This document shows positions 25,201-35,839 of a stretch of 56,955 nt of DNA, piece after piece. The stretch covers positions 1 through 56,955 of the forward strand of contig MQRK01183053.1 in assembly GCA_001938485.1 (NCBI GenBank). Reading direction: 5' to 3'. Position numbers and translations under genes: made by a program. The notes under the pieces were generated by a model. That model made no database searches, was not told the DNA's origin, and was given only the letters and a program-made list of their open reading frames with translations. This DNA comes from Girardia tigrina (Eukaryota). Within the stretch, counting starts at the first letter, position 1. Each line of letters begins with the position of its first letter.

Positions 25201-26630
25201 NNNNNNNNNNNNNNNNNNNNNNNNNNNNNNNNNNNNNNNNNNNNNNNNNNNNNNNNNNNNNNNNNNNNNNNNNNNNNNNNNNNNNNNNNNNNNNNNNNNN
25301 NNNNNNNNNNNNNNNNNNNNNNNNNNNNNNNNNNNNNNNNNNNNNNNNNNNNNNNNNNNNNNNNNNNNNNNNNNNGATTCAATCGAATAAAGTTTTTAAA
25401 AGAATTCCTTTGACTTATTTCTATTGTTATTATTTGAAAAAGACTCTCTGACGAGATTCTTTCAAGAGAAATAGAAACCTCAAGAGAGGATTAATCAAAA
25501 TACTATATTCATTACAAAGTTGGAAGAACCATTTGAAAAGGAGTCAGATAATTATATTTGAAAGCTTATTTAAAGTGGTTATCAAAAGAATATTTTCGAA
25601 TACCCAACACCTGTTGCCTTCTTTTGTCCAACCAGGCCTTGTCAACCGACTCTCTGAAATTTCTGCGATGCTGGTTGGTCGGGCTGGTAAGTGTGTCTAC
25701 AAATTTTTCAAAATTTTAAAAATTTTTATTTTATTATAGGATCTAGTGCTCGTGTGTCTTTACACACGTTCAGATTTCTCTAACATGCCTGCTGCTGATT
25801 CAGGGATGATTCGTCAGCTGACGATTATTTTCGGATTCTGGGTTGACTCATGGTAAGATTAATTAATTTTCCATTTTTCTTAATTAATTGTTTGATCTTT
25901 CAGGGCCTATAACTTTCCTCAGAGTTGTCCTACGACTTCGCGGGTTTCGTCCACGGATTGCCCGTGCGAAGATCTTTTGTGGGAGGGTCGGATGACCCCG
26001 TAGCTTCATTGGATAATCCAGTAGGTGACTTTGTTAATTTTTGTCTGCTTTTTTTAATTAATTCTTTTCTTTATGGGTGAATAACTTCTTTCAAGGATCC
26101 GCTGTTATCTCACACGCTCTGCCCATGGATTCGTCTCGCGAGTGGCTACGCGGAGGGGGTCGGATGACCTCTCAGCTCCAATGGATAATTCGGTAGGCGA
26201 CTTTATTAATTTTTGGGTTTATTTTAATTAATCTCTTATTCTTTTAAGGTTTACTATCTCTACTCGCGGGTTCTTCAGACGTCAACGGGTCGCTTTCGCG
26301 GAACCCCCCTTGCAGTACTTAACCGGGGCGGTTGTTCGTCCTCTTTTATCGGGTGAGTTTTTATTCGACTTTGTCTGGTTTTTTATTTATGATGTATTTT
26401 TTAGTTCTCCTGCAGTATTTTCGATGTCCCACCAGTCCATGAGAAATTGGTGTCAGCTTCGAGGTGCGATCGGGCCGATAACTGGGACTTTGAACCTCTT
26501 GAATGTAATTGTTATTATTTCGAATATATGTATTGCATGGTTATTATTCTTCTGTTTCTTTCGTTTGTTGAATGTTGTGTTTGGTGCTCTGCGTGCCTGT
26601 ATATGTCAAAATGGTTTTTCGACCACAACA
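22268..26630 (+). mobile_element. 4.4-kb TGT...ACA insertion with 4-bp TSD CATA (giant solo LTR or non-autonomous integrase-mobilised element)
   Basis: ttagCATA|TGTCAC...ccacaACA|CATAtattataaag. The uninterrupted sequence ttagcatatattataaag is present at ~3454-3471 and ~10355-10372(-). Confidence 0.8.
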
Positions 26631-29600
26631 CATATATTATAAAGAAACAGTAAATAAGTGTTCATCAATCACCGGCGATGATTTTGTCCTTGAAATGCTT
26701 GACCGGCGACATTGTGACGGCGGTGAAGTAACATCAAAAATACTGATAGTAAAAGAAGGAAGAGTCCGTAAGTAAAGGTAAACACTTAATTAATCAACAC
26801 ATAATATTAAAGAATTTTCATCCTTCACATCACACCCCATTACGAATTCAATTTCATTTATCAGCAAATTATTCCATAGTTCAAAATAGAAACATTTCAC
26901 TTCATTTTTATCCAATTAGAATATTATTTATTATTTTAATAAAAATTATCATTCCCATTTAATATTGTAATAAGTTAAACTTTATAACAAGTCTATTAGT
27001 TATTTCAAACGTTTTCTATATTAAAAACTAAAAGTAATATTATGAATATTCAAAGTTGTCAAAATTGTAATCTAAAAGAAGAACATCTCTCCTTAATGGA
27101 ATATTATTGTACAAATAATCCTGTTGTAACATCAAAACAATTAGATGAAATGATCATCCATATAATCGATATACTATACGGTGATTATCACATAAGTGTT
27201 TCAGATAAATGTGTACGAAGACATTTAATACTACTTTCAGAAGAATACCGTAAGAGAACATCAGAGAAACGACAAGTATTAAGTCAAAATCAAGTTATAG
27301 GAAACAATACAATGAGTGAAGAACATGTTGCATTGATGGAATATTATATGAACAATAATCCTGTTGTCACATCAGAACAACTAGACGAAATGACCATTCA
27401 TTTAAATGATCAATTACAAAGTGATTATCAAGTTCATGTTTCAGCGGAATGCGTACGGAAACATTTAATAAGACTTTCTGGAGAACGTCGAAAAAGTCTT
27501 AAATTAACGAAAGTAAATAAATAATGTGCTGTGAATAAAATAGTAAAATATTTTGCAGATTATTAAACGATTTTACATATTTTTTAAAATCATTTTTACT
27601 TAAAATAAATATTATTGTAGAAAAATTTTTCGATTAGAATTATTTTCTAAACTCTTTATCATGTCTTCAAATATTAAATATTTATTAAACTACAATTTTT
27701 TATTTATGTATAAAAATATAAAATTACAATGATAATTTTTATAATTATAATTATTATTGATAATGATGAAATTAAATATTATTTTAATTGTAATATATTT
27801 CAGTAGATTTCTTATTATTATTATCTTCAGACTTAATTAAAGTTCATAAATTTAAAATCTTGGTTGCCCCCCTTTTTTCTTCTTCTCTGTAGATATTTAT
27901 TTACTTTGCGTAAATTTTTAAATAAATAAATTGTATTACTATTTTTTAAAATAAATTATATTTTATTTTAATTTTTAATTAATAAAATTTGAGTAGCAAC
28001 AGCACAATAAACAGCGCACAAGTTATACTTGAAATTAAAATCTGAATCGGCAAACAACCGATTTAAACAAATACATCACAATTTGGAAGAAAAATTTTAT
28101 TGGTTTATTTAATCTCCATTTACTCTGTTAATAAAATTACAAGTCAATAATCAATTAAAATGATGCAATCGTTCGAAAGCTTTGACATAGATATTCCCGA
28201 GGACAGTCAAACATGTAATTTTATAAAAAATGGTAAAAATCAGATTGGTGTTCTAAATAATTGTAATAAATTAAAAAAGGTTAATAACTGTAAAAATGAT
28301 GTTTCTTTAATAAAGGTTAAAAGATGGATGAGTTGTTTTGATTTGATATCAAAGGGGAAAATCGAATTCGTTGAGAAAAATAATCAATTATTCGAAGCAT
28401 ATTCAAAATCAATTTCTTAACAGAAAGTATCATTATTTCTACTAATATTGTATTGTTTAAATCACAAATATTATAGGACTTTTTGAGTTTTTATAAAAAT
28501 TCTTTTGTAAAACTTATATTATTTGGGATTTAAACAATATAATGATAATATAAATAAAGCTCCCCGACAATAGCGCGCAACGACTTGTAAAATTGTAACA
28601 ATAACAAAAGCAACAAAATGTTTTAAATAAGAGTAATAAAATGAAAAATAGTAGAAAAATAACACATTTTATTATATTTCCAGATTATATGACAATCGGT
28701 TTAGATAATTTATATCATAATTTTGATTATAACCTTCTGTTAATATTTTTATCCGTTCGTTTAGGGTTACATCATCAACATGAACAAATTTTAACTCCAA
28801 TAACCTTTTTGTATACGTTCCCACATTAATGTTATTTTGATAAAGTTCAGTCAAATTAAATGTTTGAATTTTTTTTAACGTCACAAATTTTGGGCCGTCT
28901 CCGTATTGTTTATATCTGAGGACTGTTGACTTAGTAATCGATGGCTAAAGGTTGATTGTTAGATTTGTCCGGTTATATGGGCTTAGTGAAATTTTGTGTA
29001 AAGGAAAACTGTATAAATTCATCCAAATTTGTGCACTTGATCAGACTTTTTTTCATTGAATAAAAGAATAATTGAATAAATTTTATTGAAAATATTGTTT
29101 TGAACATAGGTAATTTTTAGATTTTATTTCTTTTTTTTTAAGTTGATGGATGTTGGGAAACTCAATTATTTTTTTTGTGATGTTGTTTTTTTAAATTGTT
29201 TTTCTTTCAATCGTAATCCACTCATCATCATTCTTTAGCATGGATAGAAAAATTAATTAAAAAAATTTAACAAATAAGTCAATTAAAATAAAAAAAAGTG
29301 ATGAATATGTCTCTCTCAAAGGTCGCTGTGATTGGTTAACCAATCAGAATGATCCATTTCATTCGCTAGCTACTCAACAAAACGACTGACACACACACAC
29401 ACGAATCAGCTAATTAACTCGAATCCTTAATACATTGTCTTTTTTGTTGAAGAAAAATCAAATAATTAATTTTTTAAATTAAATTTTTATTTTATTTAAT
29501 TCCTTTTTATATTTAATTGTTAAATTTTGTTTTTCTTTTACTTTTACATTTAATTAACATATAATTTGTAAGAAATTAAAAATGTTAGGAAAATTTTTGA

Positions 29601-29635
29601 AATAAGGTTAAATTAAATATATACAAATTAAAAAT
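26631..29635. repeat. Rearranged segmental duplicate of the 5.6-10.4 kb block
   Basis: 26631-29160 matches the reverse complement of ~7490-10365 with deletions. 29165-29320 matches 6655-6781 joined to 7315-7337, and 29330-29630 is the reverse complement of ~5620-5928. Confidence 0.88.
27042..27524 (+). CDS. Tandem-HTH-repeat protein, copy 4 (type A, 160 aa)
   Basis: Intact ORF with the same two-repeat structure. Confidence 0.75.
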   Translation: MNIQSCQNCNLKEEHLSLMEYYCTNNPVVTSKQLDEMIIHIIDILYGDYHISVSDKCVRRHLILLSEEYRKRTSEKRQVLSQNQVIGNNTMSEEHVALMEYYMNNNPVVTSEQLDEMTIHLNDQLQSDYQVHVSAECVRKHLIRLSGERRKSLKLTKVNK

Positions 29636-30264
29636 CCATGAACATCAGAAGGGTCACAGACAGAAAAACTAAATCCTATAGAGTGCGACTCCGGCTGAAG
29701 TTCCTCTAATGCGAGCAGCAGACGAATTATAACGAATGTAGTCCTTCTGTCGGTGGCTTTATAGAAAACATAATAAACGAAACAATCAACCCCCTCTTTA
29801 AAATCAACATAGAAAACATCCGAAAAGGCTGTCATCAGCTGCGCCCTCATGTATCGGATCGTCCTGCAGGAACAACTGGGAGTGGGGACATTTTAGTCAC
29901 TGAGATATCTAAAAAAAAGTTTATTCTAAAAAAAAGTCAACAGAAGATTAATGTCTATAGTACCAAAAGGGAAGTAACTATGAACCTCCAACGATTTGAA
30001 TGCTTCCAAATGTCGAATCTTATTGATATTTTGCCGCCTAACGATAAGTGGCTTATCTTATCTACACAAGCCACTTATCAAATTGCAAAAAATAATGAGT
30101 CATATAAAAATTAATATATCATGTAGTAGTTCCAAATAACAAAATAACTTTTTATTCCATTTTTATCCAATTAAAATATTTTTTATTATTTTATTAAATT
30201 CAGTCGATCTCATTTAACATGTTAATATGTAAACTTTATAACAAATTTATAAGTTACTTAAAAC

Positions 30265-30765
30265 ATGTCTTGTAATATTATGAAAAATCAAAATTTTCAA
30301 AATTGTAATCTAAAAGAAGAACATCTCTCCTTAATGGAATATTATTGTACAAATAATCCTGTTATAACATCAAAACAATTAGATGAAATGATCATCCATA
30401 TAATCGATATACTATACGGTGATTATCACATAAGTATTTCAGATAAATGTGTACGAAGACATGTAATACTACTTTCAGAACAATACCGTAAGAGAACATC
30501 AGAGAAACGACAAGTATTAAGTCAAAATCAAGTTGTAGGAAACAATACAATAAGTGAAGAACATGTTGCATTGATGGAATATTATATGAACAATAATCCT
30601 TTTGTCCCATCAGAACAATTAGACGAAATGACCATTCATTTAAATGATCAATTACAAAGTAATTATCAAGTTCATGTTTCAGAGGAATGTGTACGGAAAC
30701 ATTTAATAAGACTTTCTGCAGAACGTCGAAAAAGTATAAAAGTAACCAAAGCAATCAAACAATGA
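30265..30765 (+). CDS. Tandem-HTH-repeat protein, copy 5 (type B, 166 aa)
   Basis: Intact ORF, paralogue of 16341-16841. Confidence 0.75.
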   Translation: MSCNIMKNQNFQNCNLKEEHLSLMEYYCTNNPVITSKQLDEMIIHIIDILYGDYHISISDKCVRRHVILLSEQYRKRTSEKRQVLSQNQVVGNNTISEEHVALMEYYMNNNPFVPSEQLDEMTIHLNDQLQSNYQVHVSEECVRKHLIRLSAERRKSIKVTKAIKQ

Positions 30766-31045
30766 ACTCTGAATAAAATAGAAAAATATTTTCCTAATTA
30801 ATAAACAATTTTATAAATTTCTTAAAATAAATATTATTGCTGAAAATTTTTTTGACTTTTAAAATTGATTTTCTAAACTCGTAATCATGTCTTCAAGTAT
30901 TGAATTAGCTATAATTTGTTTATTTATAAACAAAAATAAAAAAAGATAACAATTTTTAAATCTTAAATTACATATTATTTTAATTGTAATATATTTCGGT
31001 AGATTTCATATTATCTACCGACTTTAATTAACGAGAATTGTGCTG

Positions 31046-31076
<31 letters not shown>

Positions 31077-31350
31077 ATAGACACATGTTTGGATATATTT
31101 GATGGCTTATATATTTAATCAACAATTCATCAGAAGAAACTTTTTGGTAATACTTGATAACATTTTAAGATAATGTGCGTTAATTTTAAAAATTATATTT
31201 TATGATAGAATTATAAGGCTTTCCAAACGAGACTAGTCTTCAATTATATAATAATCATAAAAAAGAATAACACTGGTGTTATTAAAATTATAATTATTGA
31301 CTATTATATATTAATATTATTCAGAAAATTAAAAAAATGATGGAAAATTA

Positions 31351-31416
31351 TGTTTAAACACAAAAACACGCCATTTAATAAATAAACCTTTATTTTTTAG
31401 GACAATTAATTTCGAA
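31351..31416 (-). repeat. Remnant 3' end of the Penelope pLTR/hammerhead
   Basis: Reverse complement cgaaattaattgtc..aaaaaataaa...aaatggcgtgtttttg..tttaaaca matches 17411-17468. Confidence 0.65.
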
Positions 31417-32856
31417 GGATATTATTGTTATTTATTAAATTTTCGAGCATAATCAATTTGTATTCAATTATTTTTTGAAAAGAAGTTTGAAAATAACACT
31501 TTAACCATTTATTTTAAAAGTGGCCTAAAAGTTTAGTTATCAGTTATAGACCGTGAGGAATATTTTTGAATGGTGTTTCTTGTGTGTTGTTTGGTATGTT
31601 GATTTGGGATTGTATTTCTCCAGCCCAGATGGAAAATTAATATTTAAAATATTTTAAAACGTCGGATTGTTTAATCAATTATTAAAATTTAGACAACCAA
31701 TTTTAAAATTAAATTAATATTTCATAAATAATATTGTAATAATAATTTTCTTAAAATAAATAATAATTTATTTAAGAATAAAAATTCGGAAAATTCGTTG
31801 CATAACATTCGTGAAACAAAATTGAAGAAAAATTGCGAAAAAGAGTCGAGTAATAATACGAAAAATGAAACTTTGATTCGATTTTTCCTGAATCTCTATC
31901 AAATTGAGGTTCCATCACGGAAACGAAAATATTATTTTGAATTGTTAAAAATAGAATATTGAATTTATCTTTGTCTATCAATTAAAAAAAATCTTCGAAG
32001 ATGATTTTTCGAAATTTCTTGTCAAAATTAGTGAAAAAGGTCGACATATCAAAATTCAAATCAAATTATTGAATTATAATTTCAATGAAGCATCAATTAA
32101 TATGAACAAAGATGTCTTGAAACTCAATGTCTATGATTCTTTCAAAATTGACAATTTACGCACATCGAAATTAATGAACTGATTTGATAATTGTAACTGC
32201 ATCAGAAATTGTGAAAATTTATTAATAAAATTATTAATAAAATCATGTAAATAAGAAGAATAAAAGGATTAGGAAAATAAATAAAAAGAATTAGAAAATG
32301 GAATATTTATATAAAGAACGAAAATATCAAACAGTAAACTGTAAATAAATTAATTAAAAATGTTGAAAAGACGTATAAAAAGGGAAGAAAAGAATAAGAA
32401 AATATAATAAAAAGTTAATTAAAAGTTAATTGGTTTTGAACCTTGACATACCTGTTCTAATTTTGGAGATTGCACTTTGGACAATCGCTGTTTGGATATT
32501 GAACCGTGCGTGCACTCGAGTTTAATATAAATATCGATTCAAAATTGTTAAATACAGACATAATAGTTATCTACGAAAATACCGTTAAAAGGCAATCAAA
32601 AAAATTGATTAAAAGGTAACATTAGAAGGACACCAAATGAGTTTTAATAAATTGTCTAAATTTTAATTTTAATAATCAGAGGTCGTGAGGATATATTATC
32701 CCACCGCCTATAGTAAAATTAAATAAGTTTTTTTTACCCTTTGTAAATTGTAAGTGTTGTAAAGATTAAATATAATCTATTTTTAATAATTTCTTTTGTT
32801 TTGAATTGATATTCTTATAATAAATTGCTATTATCTACCCAATACCCCAACAATTT

Positions 32857-32874
32857 TGGCGCCCAACGTGGTGC
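32857..32874 (+). promoter_or_regulatory. Primer-binding site, tRNA-Lys(1,2) type
   Basis: TGGCGCCCAACGTGGTGC is a 17/18 match to the known Lys1,2 PBS TGGCGCCCAACGTGGGGC. It lies 4 nt after an ...ACA putative LTR end (32852) and upstream of gag. Confidence 0.88.
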
Positions 32875-33114
32875 TCCATTTTGAAAAAATAATAAATTAT
32901 TTTGGATAAATAAAAAACCACGTTTGTTGTTGCGGAATTGGGTACATAACTCGCAAGGTTATATAGGTTTAAAGCCGAATTATTACACGCATAGCACAAG
33001 CAACGCATATAGAATTTTTTTTACAATTATAATACACGCATTAAATAAAAAATATATAATAAAAATAAATAAAAAATAGAGAATATTATTATTAGCACTG
33101 TTATAACAAGAAGT

Positions 33115-34290
33115 ATGGCAGAGGATAAGGAAAATAAGAATAAGAAACCCCAAATAAAATCTTTAGATTTCTTACCACTTGAACCTTTTTCAGGAAAGCC
33201 TGAAGATTTTGATAGATATTTTAAGGAATATAAAAGTTATGCCAATGCTAGTGGTTGGGGAGAGACTGAAATGACACGTAGATTACCACTTTATTTAAAA
33301 AGGTATACCTTACAGGCTTTAAATACTTTAGATCAGCAAGCAACTATTGATAAAATCATTGAGAAATTAAGATCTGTTGTAGTTATAGACATCGAATTAG
33401 GCAAAATCTATGCACATAATTTCAGGAACAGGTAACAAAAACAGAATGAAAATGTCACTGAGTATTGTTTCGCATTAAAAGAATTAGCTGAGAAAGCCTT
33501 TGGAAAAGATGCCAAGGCAGGATCAATAATTACGGATCAATTTTTAAATGGAGTTCATGGATATATTAAAAAAGCCTTAGTCCTAGCAGAATATAAAGAT
33601 TTCGACGAATTAGTGCAAAAGGCTCAACGTATAGAGCAAATAATTTAAATAAAATTAAGCCTATAGAAATAGGAGCAACTGGCCAAATATTCGAAAAAAA
33701 ATTATCCCAGGAATAATCATCCATCCGGTGGCAGTATCGATGGCGATTTCTCGGATCGATATAATAATAATAATGGAAATAATAATAATAACTTATACCA
33801 GAATGGTAGAAATAATTATAGAGGGAATAATCGAAATAATGGGCGAGGTTATAATCAAAATAATCGTGGATATAGAAACGGAAATAATAGAAAGAATAAT
33901 GAATATAATGGAAATAATGGATATAATAGAAATAATGGAAATAATGGATATAATGGATATAATGGATATAATAGAAATGGATACAAATGAAATAATATAA
34001 ATAATAATCGGTATAATGGCAATAGAAATAATAATGAATATAATAATAATGGATATAATAATAATCAAAGAAATAGTAATTCATATGAGAATAATAATAA
34101 TAATGGTTATCAAAAAGGATATAATAACAGAGGTAAAAATAATAGAGGATTTAACAGTAATAAAGGTAACAGAGATAAAGTAAACCAAAACGTTGAAGTT
34201 TTGTGTTTCCTCTGTAAAAAATATGGCCATTTTGCTAGATCCTGTACACAAATAGTGGAAATTTTCAAAACAAACCAGTTTATGGAGTAG
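33115..34290 (+). pseudogene. Ty3/Gypsy gag with Asn/Gly/Tyr/Arg-rich tract and CCHC knuckle
   Basis: EPFSGKPEDFDRYFKEY..ANASGW..LPLYL capsid-like start, N-rich repeats at 33760-34170 and CFLCKKYGHFARSC at 34204-34245, with premature stops. Confidence 0.85.
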
Positions 34291-35839
34291 AAATTGAGGT
34301 ATCTGATAATTTAATGGAACAAGCAGTTCTAATCGAAAAGGAAAGATTGGCTGCAAGTTATATCCCAATGGGAATGTTGGAGATTGACGAAATCGTTGAT
34401 TTAAAAAGGGAAATAAAGATATTAAAGATTCGATTACAACGAGAAAAGGAACTTCAGATCGGGATGATCGAAGATACTACAAACGATTCAATTAGAGAAT
34501 TAAAAAGAAGTTTCCAAAGCAGTATACAAGATGAAAGTAAAATAAAAGAAGTATTGATAAAATTACAAGAAATTGACGAAATAAAGGAATTAGAACCTGT
34601 TTTACCAATATTAAGGAAAGAAATGGTAAAGATTTCTATTTATCGAGAAAATATAATAAAAAATATTAGATAAATATGGACAACATAATGTCTCGAACAG
34701 AAATTTACAAAAACCTTTAAAAATATCTATAGTAACTGACGATTAAAATCCTGAAAGGACAGAAATATTAAAATTACATAAAGTACACCCGTGTATCAAA
34801 ATGAACAAATGAATAAATAAGGTAAAAAGGTATGGCCAAATTCATTAAATACTACTGATGAAATACGATTATATTATAACAATAATCAATTAAAGTTGAA
34901 TCAGCATCTAATATGTGCAGGGTTAACATTTGATGGGATAAATATTCTTAAGGCAGTAGCAATATTAGATAAAACAAGGTTGAAAGTAGATAATGTCCCT
35001 CAACAAGTTACAGATTTAGATGATGAACAAGAAAGTTACGATGAAGAAGCTACTCAAACCGCGAATGAAGAAATCACGGACGAATTATTAGAAAAATTAT
35101 GGAATGACGCTGAGAGACGAGAAAATGATAATGATTTTGGAGAATTAATCGAAAGTAATGAAGTAATAACAAATAGTCATGGAGAAACATTCTTAAATAA
35201 AGCTGAAGCTACAACTTCAACAAGAAAACAAAGAGGAAGACCGAAAAGATGTGAAAACGATCCACAACTAACTATAAAAGATACAAGGAGTCAATCCTTG
35301 ACAAAGTCACTTCAATGAATAGCAAAAGGAGGAGATCCCAACGAAACAAGAAATGTAGAAATTGAAAATGTTGTTTGTTGTCTACTACAAGATGTAATAA
35401 AAGGAGATTATAATTTCACGTTAATTAAACATTAACCCATATAATAAAAATAGCTCAAAGCGTTAAAAATGATATATATCATGTAATGAAGGACAATGAA
35501 CGGAGTATTAATGACGGGGAAGTATTACGAAATTTGTTAGCATTCACCCCTGATAAAAATCGAATAATCACTGCCTTAGTATTCATTGCTATAAGAGCAC
35601 ATGAAAAATTTCATTCCATCCAATTGGTCAAGAAACATATATAGAATTAACAGTTTCATTAATCGAAAATCGGATAAACCCATGGATTCAATCTCGTGGT
35701 GGATGGAAGAATGCCTTGCAAAAAGATAATGACGAAGCTGAAAAGATAATTCAAGCTGATATGTGAAAAAAGGAACAATTTCATTTAATGAAATGGGAGT
35801 CATCGAAGAAATAAATGCATTAAATAAAGATGGAATACA

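Noticed and set aside
32192-32852. 5' LTR of the 33-39 kb Gypsy
   Set aside because: The 3' end is implied by the PBS, but no second LTR is present to define its start, so it is not annotated.
33900-33990. Short periodic repeats considered as a CRISPR-like array
   Set aside because: These are 9-bp coding microrepeats with no unique spacers, in a eukaryotic context with no cas genes.
33566-34084. Tyr/His-rich and Ile-rich ORFs (33566-34084, 33728-34000, 33793-34068)
   Set aside because: They are alternative-frame or antisense readings of the Asn-rich gag repeat.
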